A stretch of DNA of 64,000 bases. Origin: Diadema antillarum. Lineage: Eukaryota. Every line of letters starts with the position of its first letter. The stretch's first letter is position 1. Positions 25,534-36,900 of the stretch are shown here, piece after piece. The DNA is taken from contig NW_027271179.1 in assembly GCF_040938485.1 (NCBI RefSeq), positions 124,001-188,000 of the forward strand, given 5' to 3'. Below the pieces are notes generated by a model that saw nothing but the letters and a program-made list of their open reading frames with translations, was not told the DNA's origin and ran no database searches. A program made the position numbers and the translations under genes.

Positions 25534-26080
25534 TGTACACAACACACGATATCACGAAGTTCCAATTGAGCGAATGAACAACGCTAATTTCAATATATGG
25601 GACTGACCCTGCACCTCCGCAGAGATCGTCAACAACGGTGCATTTACGGTCCGAAAAAGTCCCCGTCCGCACTAGATGCGATCACTGCGTAAAGCACGAA
25701 GTATTGCCGACCTGATGAACAAAAAGTCACATCAATCCCCTTTTTAGATGGGTCAGCAGCCAGCTATAAACACGGGAATGTTTTGAAAGAGGAAAAATAC
25801 TATGTCAACTTCGAGATACTAGTAAACGGCAAAAAAATACTCATTTTGAACAGGAAAAAATAGCATGTCGATCACAAGAAGTCAGACATCAAACTTACCC
25901 CACAACATCGCTGTTGAAAAGCGTTGTAAAACACACGTTAATCATTCAGCAAGTCAGGCGTAGATTCAATTCTCGATGTAGTATGCATGTAACGGCACGA
26001 GCGTGCATGTGAGTGAGGCCGAGGCGAGGACCGTCGACTGCTAGCTCGCCTCGCGTCGCTTCCGCGCCAGCGTAGCGCGC

Positions 26081-26740
26081 TAAATCTAGGTACTGCATAG
26101 CCAGCCGGCCAGCTGGCCGGCCGGCCACTCACCTCAGCTCAGTGCTAAGTGCCATGGCACTGTGACTCCTCTCAGACTGGCGCCACCTTTTGGCCGGGAA
26201 AAAAGAGGAACGTATTTTTTTTGTATCAGAGTGAAATGGTTTTATCAGAGTGAAATGGTTTTATCAGAGTGAAATGGTTTTAGCGCAGTGAAATGGTTTC
26301 GTCTGAGTGATATGGTACGCCAAAGTGAAATGTATTTTTGTGAAGAGTGAAATGAATTTGTATTTAAAAGTGAAATGTATTTTTGTGAAAAGTGAAATGA
26401 ATCTTTATGTAAAAGTGAAATGTATTTTTGTGAAAAGTGAAATGAATCTTTATGTAAAAGTGAAATGTATTTTTGTGAAAAGTGAAATGAATTTTAATTC
26501 AAAAGTGAAATGTATTTTTGTGAAAAGTGAGATGAAGTTTAATTCAAAAGTGAAATGTATTTTTGTGAAAAGTGAAATGAATTTTAATTTAAAAGTGAAA
26601 TGTATTATTGTGAAAAGTGAAATGTATTTTTATAAAAAGTAAAATCAATGTTTGTGAGTGAAATGTATTTGTTAAAAGTGAAATGAATATTGGCTGGAGT
26701 GAAATGAATTTTGTATTGTTTCCTTAATGGCGTTCCATAG
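26081..26740 (-). repeat. Right TIR: seven ~45-bp units, 20-bp units, GC-rich inner domain
   Basis: Reverse complement of the left TIR with one extra 45-bp unit and a few substitutions and short indels. Confidence 0.92.
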
Positions 26741-29700
26741 AGCGCGATGCATTTTCAGCGGCCTTGCACACGCATTGACATTGAGCACGCATATCGTGCA
26801 GTGTGACTGCGACCGAGCAAAATGCTCCTCCAACGAAAAAAACAATCAATGTTAGTTTGAAAAATCATCAAAATACGGGCCAGTTTGTGATGACGGAGAA
26901 CGAACTTTCATAAATCTAGAAGGACATAGTCCCTCAAATAGGCCTAAACGTAAATTTCGGAATTCTTACGAACATTTGAGCAGCGAAGTCGGATCGTTGG
27001 GGAGTTTATGTGTTCGTATGGTAGCGGAAAATCGCAAAGTGAGAAACGGGAAATTTTCGGAATGGTCACTATACCATGGGGTCAAAACTTCAAGGTCACA
27101 CAGAATTTGCAAGGGTCAACCGATTATCACCAAAATCTAATCGATTCTTTCCTGTCATTATCCAAACATTCCCTGAACATTTCGTGCAAATCCGTTTACC
27201 CGTTCNNNNNNNNNNNNNNNNNNNNNNNNNNNNNNNNNNNNNNNNNNNNNNNNNNNNNNNNNNNNNNNNNNNNNNNNNNNNNNNNNNNNNNNNNNNNNNN
27301 NNNNNNNNNNNNNNNNNNNNNNNNNNNNNNNNNNNNNNAACCCCCTGCCGATTTTCATCGGCGTGGGTAATAATGAGAAATGTAAGAGCATGCACTTCAC
27401 ATGTTTAGGATAAATCGCCAATCAAGAGGGCAACTTGCAGTAGTCACGATCCCACAACAATCTACATGCGTTGTAGGCAACATTATGATAGAAAAAAAAC
27501 CCCAGACAGAAGGTATTCTGCTGATGTTTTCTTTGTGAAGTTATTACTCGCCTTGTCAATGCTTGTGAAGCTAACAAGAAAATATGCAAGAAAACATACT
27601 CGTGTTGATAACGAGATGGTTTTTTTGTGGAGCTGATAACGCCATTTACATGTAAGCATTTTCCTTTTCTCCCCTTTTCTTGTTGTAAGCACTAGTTGAA
27701 CACTACTTTTCTTCCCCCCCCCCCCCCATCTCTCCCTCTCTTTCTCTTTCTGCCAAGCCCTTGCCATCTTCTCTCCGGAAGATACCATATCACATGGCGG
27801 ATTGACGCATTTCCATTCAAAGGATGCGACCGGGGCTATCACCTTGGCGACGCAAATTAAGCAACTCCTTAAAGAGGTATGAGAAATATTACCAACCTAC
27901 CTCAGACTCAAACCTACCTCAAAGTCTCTGGTGACCTGTAATTAAACGTCAGGATATACCCACGCACGACCACTCTTACTCATTCTTTTGCGATTTCTAG
28001 ACTATTATGCGGAAATCTCTCCAGTTTTGTTCCATCTTTTTTTTAAGGTAGATAGACAGATAAATCGCAAAGATTGGAAGTGGTTGATAATAGTCATTAG
28101 CCATCGGATATACACGGACGAAGACTTATTATACAACTCTATACTGAAACTTAAAGGGAAATTCTTCAGCTTAGTCTTGGGTATGAAAATAAATAGAATA
28201 CTATATATAGTAGAGTGTGATTACAGAAAGAAATTCAATGATGTACATATATTGTTGTAAGTCTTTCTAGTCATAACTATATTCACATTCACAGTGACTT
28301 GAAGAGAATGATGATAAAAAACAAAACAAAAACAAAATGCAAGAATGCAAGCGCAGTCTTGGTTACGTGGATACAGAGCGATAAATGCCTCCCAGGTCCG
28401 GATCCTAAACGACAGTATGTAGATGACTCACTATCATTCAATCTTTACATAATCATTATCTGTTGTTGTTGTTCTTGTTCTTGTTCGGAACCGTCTGCCA
28501 TTCCTCAGACGTTTACTCTGATTTATCGTTTTCTTCTCCTAAAAGAAAAGAAAATTACCTTCTTTTCAGGGTAATTATAACTCCCTCTTATGATCACCAA
28601 ATTGATATAAGAAAAAAAAATGAAATGAAATGATACAAAACTGTCGAAAACTTGTTGGTGCTAGAACTAATTCGACACAGTCATGAGATGACAGTGTCGG
28701 GATACAAACATGTTGAGTCTTAAATGTAGGCAATAAAATGGTATAGGAGAAGCGCAACTGTACCAAATAAAAGGTTGTGTTTTTTTTTTTTTCAAGCTTA
28801 CAGAATCTGTGAAGCGCTAGTTTTATTGGCCCGGTTCGTAATTATGATTTCAATGATTCTGTGTTAACGAAAGTTAAGACTGTATATGATAATCATAAAT
28901 TAATTGTATACAGATTACTATCCTGTAATGTTTGTTGTTTGTTCTGAGTATTGACTCGCACGACTTGGTATGGATGCAATAAATGGAGGGTAAGATTTAA
29001 TCGTGTGGACAAGTGTTGTCCTTTGGGAACCGTATGACGCTGAAAATAATTTCATTACGTATTTTCATTCTCTATTGCTTGAAATAAGTTGATTGATATT
29101 TAGAATCTTTCTTAAAAAAGAAAGACCTTTGATGATTTATGTCGCTAGACTTCTTTCCCTTGTCATTAGTCGTAAATTGAATTATGAAGTATCCTCTCAT
29201 CAGTCAAAAATTATTATGGAAGAGTCGACAAAGTTTCCGTCGTTATTACAGAGTTTGGTTTACAATACGTTTGCTTGCTGTTTACAAATTGGCTGTAGAC
29301 CCTTCATCATATGACTAGACGTGTGTGTACTATCGATGCATTTCTTCGACCTTATTCTTGAAGTTATTGTTACTACTTTTATCATTATTATTATNNNNNN
29401 NNNNNNNNNNNNNNNNNNNNNNNNNNNNNNNNNNNNNNNNNNNNNNNNNNNNNNNNNNNNNNNNNNNNNNNNNNNNNNNNNNNNNNNNNNNNNNNNNNNN
29501 NNNNNNNNNNNNNNNNNNNNNNNNATGCATATTATGATAAACATTACAAACATAAAACAAATATAATAGAGTGAACATTACAAAAGGATATGTTGTATAA
29601 ATGCTATACATGTTAGTACATGTAACACAATGGGGAATGATAGAGAGATGGTGACAACGTGTGGGTCAGGGCATACATTAAAAAATAGTAAAGACATAAT

Positions 29701-30001
29701 TGTTTTTGCTATTTTATGTAGGCATGGGCATTGCGTGAGCCCACACATATTGCCCCCAAGGAACATTGATAAAATACATGCATATTCTTTGTTACTTTAA
29801 TGTCATCTCTTGATTTTGTTTGATTCGTTGTTGTTGTTGTTGTTTAGTTGCTCGTTAGTTCAATTTGTCAATATATAAAAAGATACCCGTTTTCGGCTGT
29901 TTCCTTCCCCCACCATTCTAACAGCCCCCCCCCCCCCCCCCCATCCTACGTGTAACTAATATCAAATATTGTAAAATATTTTGTGCCTTCAGTAAGACCT
30001 G

Positions 30002-30158
30002 GGCCCCATTTCATAAAAGAAGTTAGGATGGCAACTCTTGCTGGAATGGCAACTTCCAATGGCAACAGCCAATCAGGAAGCTGGATTCTTGTCATTACTA
30101 TGACAATTGCCATTCCAGCAAGAGTTGCTATCATATCAACTTTTTATGAAATAGGGCC
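30002..30158. mobile_element. Harbinger-like MITE with CTG TSD
   Basis: CTG|GGCCCCATTTCATAAAA ... TTTTATGAAATAGGGCC|CTG with inverted internal arms. Confidence 0.72.
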
Positions 30159-30898
30159 CTGCTCCTGCAGATTTTGAAAATGATATTCAACAGGTATACC
30201 AAGAAAACTGCATTTAAATTAATAAACTTGTAAAATAAAGGAATCGAGGCTTTAATCGTTTATTTAGACATGTTTGCCAAAGTTCGTCTGAACGGGACAA
30301 TTGATTAATTTATTTTGAGCTATTATCATTTTGTCGTACAAAATCATATGACAGGATGAGAGGGGCCGGGGAGGAGGTATAAAAGTCTGTACCCACCTCC
30401 CCTTCGAGGACAAGTTCTCTTTTTCGCACAACACCTCTTTTTTTTTCCAGCCACAGTTATAGGACCCTTTAGTAACCGCATACGGATATTCATAGTTTTA
30501 TACTCAAGATAGTAAATCAGTGGTTCCTATTTAGCTCTAACAAAATAAATTCTCTAGTTAGCGCTTTTTACTTTGAGATGTGTTTTTGACCTATAGAGTA
30601 TTGTAATAACAGTATTATATACTCTTGGGTTTTTGATAACATCTCTTTAAAATCCTTGCATTTCATAAATAGAAAATACAACTTTTTCTTTGATCACATC
30701 AATTGGAACATTGAAAGACTTGTCTACTAAACAATTGAAATAGTCGTTTTCCTCCGTGAAGTTAAATTGAAACGTCTCATGCAGATAGGATGAACGTATA
30801 ATATACGTTGGAAAAATTTATAGTAATCACATGCACTGTATCCGAGTAGACGCCAGTGACAATGGGGGTATTCCTACCTAATGTTGTTTTTTGTCTAA

Positions 30899-30952
30899 CC
30901 AATAGCTGGCGCTATGCGATGTCAGTCGTGGGAAGTCAAAGGAAAATGGCGG
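30899..30952 (+). promoter_or_regulatory. Candidate Nup205 core promoter: CCAAT box and YY1/TISU-like motif over the start codon
   Basis: CCAAT at 30899-30903; GGAAAATGGCGG spanning the ATG resembles the YY1 AANATGGCG and TISU consensus; TSS not determinable. Confidence 0.45.
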
Positions 30953-30973
30953 AACACATGGCGGTTAATTTAG
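30946..30973 (+). CDS. NUP205: Nup205 exon 1 (coding part), MAEHMAVNL(G)
   Basis: ATG in AAAATGGCGG context; donor G|GTGAGC; 28 nt, phase 1 fits exon 2; resembles human N-terminus MATPLAVNS. Confidence 0.88.
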
Positions 30974-33900
30974 GTGAGCAGTGAGTAATTGATATGGTGT
31001 CGTTTTGTGGAGCATGATGAGTCGGAAATTACAATGTTTGAGAGGGAATAACACTTACAATAGCTTTTGATTCAAATGCTGATGATCGAGTGTGGTGAAG
31101 TGAATGTGCATTTCCTATGTGGTATTACGAGAGATAACCCCGGCGCGGGGCGCTGTAGCCAGACGTGTTGGGGTCGCTGCTGCGGTTAGAGAGATGGTAG
31201 CCACAGCACAGTGCCAGTGGACACAGTCCATACGCATGTGTCTTAATTGAGTTGAGGGGAATATACCGTGTCTTGACCATTCATATAATACCTCATACCT
31301 GTACGCTGTAGCATACAATGTAAGGAGAAAAAACGATGAGAATGTTTTATGAAGTGGAGAGTGCGAGACCATTTTAAGAAGATGAAGTTGTCTAGGATTT
31401 TTCCACTAGAATGGAAGAAAAACTAACGTTACATGTATGATGGGGGGTTGTGTTTCCGGACACTTAACGTCTACTCTTAAGTTCGCGCGTGAAAACTAAT
31501 CTATTTTACATAGAATATGCACCCTTCTTTACCTCAAAGACTTGATATAGACTCCTCATATACTAGACAACACACTGTAAAAACGGCGTGAGAATTCCTG
31601 GGTGCATCATTTTCATTACAGACGCACTTACAATACGCGTCCGGTCTCACAACCTGTCGCTGTCCGGTCCCACAACGCTTGGTCATACATGTAGAGTCAG
31701 TGACTTTTTTGGTTTATGAACACTTGATGAATATGACAATGTCAATGATTGATGGTGGTGATGTGATAAATGTCAGGAGCCTAGGGCCTACATAATTTCC
31801 ATGATGTTGATGTGGCTGTTACTGGTTACTAACTGACTGACTGCCACTTGCACCCCAACAGCACGTTCTGCGGGGTTAGGACAAGGGGCGGGGTCCGGGG
31901 AACTGTGCACGTACGATACATCAACATGGAGCATATATGCATTGTAACGTTAATAGTATTGTAGTGCACAGCTCCCCTTTGTCCTAACCCTGGGGCGCTG
32001 CCACCAAATTTGCGGCTGACATGCAAGTGTACACCTGAATTGATTACTAGCTCTGTTCGTGTTGAGATCTTGCAGGCGCAGGCTTAGCATCAGGTCTATG
32101 TTGTGCTACATACATGTAGCTCTCCAGCCTTCCCGGCTTGCGGCTCCCATCGAGCAAACCATATCTATACATTGTATATGTGACCCTGCATCACAAAACC
32201 AAGAAAAGTCACCAGACATGGATTTTTGATTACGGAAAGATTCTGTAAGACTAAGAACAGACTCTTAAGCTTTAAAATGGTGTAAAACTCAATTCAAATG
32301 GACTCTCCTAACCTATCTGAATATTGGGAAGACAGAACACACTCTGGAAGGGTGTGAACTGAGAAAAGAGGCTCTGAAGTACAGGGTGTATTCAAGCGCC
32401 TCATCTTTACTAAGCCATGCGAGCTGTGCGATGAACAGGACATAACACAGGACGTAAACCACTGGAGCAACAACAATGAAGGGATTGTCAGATTAAACTG
32501 AAATTAAGCATGCTCTATTAACACATTCTGTCCATAATAGTGCCAAAATGTGCAAAGGATATTCAAGAAATGAAAAGGGGCCTCTAAGAAGTACCTGACC
32601 ACACTACCAAAAAAAAAAAAAAAAAAAAAAAAAAGGTTGTAGAAGAACTGCTGAAAACACACTTTACCATTCATTTTATGATTCCAAACTTGGGAATAAT
32701 GTAGAAGAAGAACAGCTCTTACAGAAAACATGAAAAACTTAAGATTGACTTGGTTGACCCTTTTCACCCTTTTTGAGTCCTCACATAAAATCAAGGGGTT
32801 CGACTTTTTGGTGGTTTTGTGATACACGGTCACATATGATATGTCTACTAGTGAGTACTACTGATTCTCTGTGTTTTGCAGGCTCTAGATTATGGGGACC
32901 ATACAAGGAGTTATATCACACCATCTCGTTGATTGTCTCAAAGCGCTGCCCAGACCCGTACCAGGAGCTTGAGGCTGTCCTCCGAAAACATAAGCCAGAT
33001 CTTGTATCTCTCCTGAAGAATCCGGTATGGCCAAGACTCTATTTCTCCCTCAAATTGGCAATATTCAAAACATTTCATTTTGTTTTTGTGCAGATTTTAT
33101 AACTTAATCTAGTTCCATCTAATCTTTCCTTAGTTATGAGATACACAGCCAAATTCAGAGGTGCCAATTTAAATGTTTTATGACATACAAATGCATGTTG
33201 ATTTGTATTGATTCATGATACCTTCACTTCAACATTACTTTTGCGGTGACACAAATATCTACAAACAATCCATATATATTTTTGAATAATTTTTCTTCTA
33301 TTTTTCTTCAGATTACTTGAATACGCCAACCAAAAAAAAAAAACACACACACAAAACAAACCTTCCAAACCAAGATTCTGGTTGTGACCTCATCTGTCAA
33401 TCATTGCTAAAGTACTAATATGATTAACAAAAGACATTGGAATGCACCCTCCCCGAGACCGAGCATAACTTGGATGTTCCCTCATCATGTCTTTCGTTAG
33501 TCGCTTTGATATCACAGAAATATGCAAGTTATGCTGAGTCGTAAAACCTTTAAACTAAGGCATAATTTACCATTTGCAGATGAAATAAAAACTCAGCATT
33601 AGTGCTTCAAAGTAGTTCTTAAATGTGAGTTAGGGGTAAAAACAACCAATGTACAAATTTGAATAAGTATAATCAATGTAATAGATACATGTATTGTTAA
33701 ATATACAAAATGTGAACAATAGTTATAATAAAAATGTTTCCTGACTAAACCATCTACAGTTATATGGTTTATGGAGAAGAATAGGAATTGATCTCCTTAT
33801 ATTTTAGGTTTAATTGCACAATTTTTATATGGTAGGATGTTTTGTGATACAACTGACCTATATCAAATGTGATATCTTGAACATTTTTTTTTTAAATCAC

Positions 33901-36900
33901 TGTTCCCAATGGTAAACAGGACCTGTAAGGGTGATCAGTGAATTTCCACCAGAACTTGATGGGTGAGATCTTATGTTCCAATTGTTCTCTTCAGGCCAAG
34001 AATGCCCAGCACAGAGAACAGGTCAAGAAGGCAGATGTGGAGGGCATCATGGTATTGGGTCAGGCCACGAGTCGTCTCCTGCCCAGGCAACTCATCAAGG
34101 AATCTCTCATTGTGAGCGACCTGTTTGACTTGAATGAATATGCTGCAGTTGAACTTCTTCTCGCCGGTAAGTCATCAACATTATGCTGCATGGTTTTCAG
34201 ATCTTCTTCGGCCCTTTATTGATCATACGTGTCACAGACTACCTTTGTGCATATATGACACAAAGAAATTCACAAACCAGCCAGAAATATACAAGACGGC
34301 TGTCAGATTGTTCATATGTTTCATGAGTAAAGTGTTGCCACATCCATTTTTCATTCATTTACCAATGTGATTAGTGTATTTCCGTGAAAAACATATATTA
34401 CTAGCTTTGTAAGCTAATGATTAATGGTGTGAATAGTTTTTACACTAAGTGTATTATGAGATACTAAAATCGTAATACTCGCTGGATATTTAGTACAGTG
34501 TACTGTGTGTAATGTAAAATAGTACTGTGATGACATGATGCCAGAATAATTTTCATTGTAAAAATAATGGTTATGTTCTTAATGTGATGCCGTATTTCAT
34601 TTTCACATGTTCTTCAACTAAATCATAAATTTTCAACACAAACTATGCAATGTTTAGCAGGAATAGAAAACAAGATAGTACCAACAAAGCCACAGGGTTG
34701 AAATAGACAGTTGTAATCAAGATGTAAAGCACCTCATGATGCCTTGTAGCTATGCTTCATTGAAAAATTGACCACCAAAATGTAAACCAAATCATGTTTG
34801 TGCCAAATTTCCCCATTTTACCAGGTGACCAGCAGCAGCCCCATTTCCCAGGGCTGACCCGTGGTCGTGTGGCTGTTGTGCTTTACTACGACGGCCGATG
34901 CAGCTTGATCAACGCTCTCCAGCTCCTGATCCAGGCCAGGCAGGGACGGACGTGGACCTTTGACCTGGAAGCAGAAGTGGTTACCCTGGCAACCTCATTT
35001 ACCAATGACCTTATTTCCGAGGGCCTAGTTAGGAAGGTGCTGGACTTTCTGAAGGAGGTGGACATTAACAAGGAGGTGAATGAATTGGCCAAAGAGAGGA
35101 CGACCCTAGGTGACTCCACACACAAACATGATGTAAGTTCATAGTAACACATTCCAAGTCCCATTCTAATATCTTTGCGAGTATATCCTGTTGTATCTAA
35201 AACATAAGTCTCAGATGGGCCACAGATTCATCTTCCACCATTTGGAATTTGCTTGCAATATATCGAAAGGCTCTGCCTAAAAGCCTGTCTGGCTGACGCG
35301 ATTTTCTAGAATGATGAGTTAGTTTGAAGCATTTTGACATCAAAATAGTGAAATAATGAAAATCATTGTAATCAATTTTGAAAAATCACATAGCAACCAC
35401 GATCGGGAATGCTCTGAGATTGCAATACTACTGGTGTACCTTTTGTGGTAATATTTCGTATTATCGTCATTACCCAAATGAAGTTGTGTTATCATGGTGT
35501 TATTTCACACATTTCTTTTTCATAGATCTTCATTTTAGATCAGAAATCAATAGTTTCTGCAGTCATATGGAAACTATGTTTTACATCTAAACAGGAACGA
35601 GCACTGTCCTCTGTTAGTAAAATGAAACAAAAGAGTTTGAAGGAGACTTTATCTCGAACTGAAGGGCCTCCAATTTCTGGAAAAAGTATCTGACAATTGA
35701 TAGCCTTGCTAAGATGTTTTTTCTTTGAATAGCTTGTAATTTGATAGTCAAAATGTAAATAATAATTTTGCTTTTGCTTTTGTTTTGTTATCTGCTCTGC
35801 TTTGCAGAGATTTCCCATTGTCAGTCTTAATCTAATTGTTTTTTTCTCCCCTTCCCACACTGGATAGTCGCAAATACAAGAGTTTCTTCGGGGTCTGCGT
35901 GTGTCGTTGGCAGACTGCCTGTACTGTCTCGCCTGCCAGACGCCGCTGAATCGCAGAGACACAATCCTCCTCGCGAAACACCTTATGGGACATGTTGAGC
36001 TAACGGCTGAAGGTACCCTCGACGAGGCTTCCATTGCACTGCTCATGGCCTTCCTCTACAGCATCGACATCGGCAACATCGAGCAGCGGCCAGAGGACAG
36101 GGACGGTGAGCCTGAAAGTTTGTGACCAGGAATCTAGTAAAACACCCACTTTCAAAACATCATAGTATCTTCCTGATGATCAAGTATTTAGTCCCAAGAT
36201 ATATCTCTCTCATTAATTTTTCTGCTTCAGGGAGCATGTACTGAGCGTAAGGACCTAGGCTGAATTTCATACATAAACACGAGATAGACTCTCATAGTGA
36301 ATAAAGCACATCTATTAAATCAACTGCACCCCTTGACTGTTCAATGCCTGAAGAGTTTTCAACTATTTTTTTTTTTCAGAATTCTTACGTAGTTCACATA
36401 CAAATGCTGAAATAGAGCTAAATTATATGACAAGCCCACCCCTTGCACGAAAAGATTGGTTTGGAATAAAATGAAGTCAAGGAGAAATTATTGCAGCTAT
36501 GAGCAGAATTTTCATTCATAGAGCGTGTTTCTACTGGGGACACCTCGCATCGCCTCGCATCACCTAGAATTTTCATCGCTCAGTAGAAACACGCTCATAG
36601 ATAACAACCCAATAAACAGCTTAGACAACCACCCATATGAATGTCTTTGTGCTTACCATGTCTGAATCATTCATTAATATTTCAGTCCTGGAGAGAAAGC
36701 TTCCCATTGTGACTGACAACCAGTACTTACCAGACATCCACAGACTCATGACCTCACTGGATGAGGATCAGTGGAAAGTGGGCGGGATCAAGGGAGTCTT
36801 GCAGCTGGCTTGGGCCCTGACGCTACGCAGTGCTGCACAGATACCAGAACTGGCAGGTAGGCTGATACTGGATTTTACACCAGAGTAGGACAGAGTACAA

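Larger units (their letters stand above)
19668..26740 (-). mobile_element. Foldback-type DNA transposon with long modular TIRs, tentatively Academ-like, non-autonomous (decayed)
   Basis: Inverted repeats 19668-20285 and 26081-26740 with perfect CTATGGAACGCC...GGCGTTCCATAG termini; flanking duplication AGCG (other readings 6 or 10 bp); empty site seen at 19314-19326; decayed XPG/PIN-like coding remnants inside. Confidence 0.85.
18654..27373. mobile_element. Helentron/DINE-1(HINE)-type non-autonomous element hosting the foldback transposon
   Basis: AACTAGAG end at 18654; subterminal inverted repeat ACCCACGCC (18683-18691) / GGCGTGGGT (27360-27368); terminal hairpin GCCGA-TTTTCA-TCGGC then TAATAA; same end architecture as 55130-55425. 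Confidence 0.6.
12884..29524. other. Five N-runs (12884-13056, 13639-13807, 14873-15019, 27206-27338, 29395-29524): assembly gaps or masked repeats
   Basis: Runs of 130-173 N; at least one abuts an (ATT)n tract. Confidence 0.95.

Noticed and set aside
19766-26642. Repetitive ORFs VKCIFVKSEM... (19766-20056 minus, 26307-26642 plus) as repeat proteins
   Set aside because: They are mirror translations of the 45-bp TIR units, which stay open because the unit is a multiple of 3; there is no other coding evidence.
12876-29611. ORFs containing long X runs
   Set aside because: Artefacts of reading through N-runs.
30377-30384. TATAAAAG as the Nup205 TATA box
   Set aside because: About 570 bp upstream of the ATG, whereas the CCAAT/YY1 motifs suggest a short 5' UTR; an isolated match is expected by chance.
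31014-31082. C/D box snoRNA in Nup205 intron 1 (ATGATGA...CTGA)
   Set aside because: No terminal stem, no recognisable rRNA guide, and an atypical position close to the donor.
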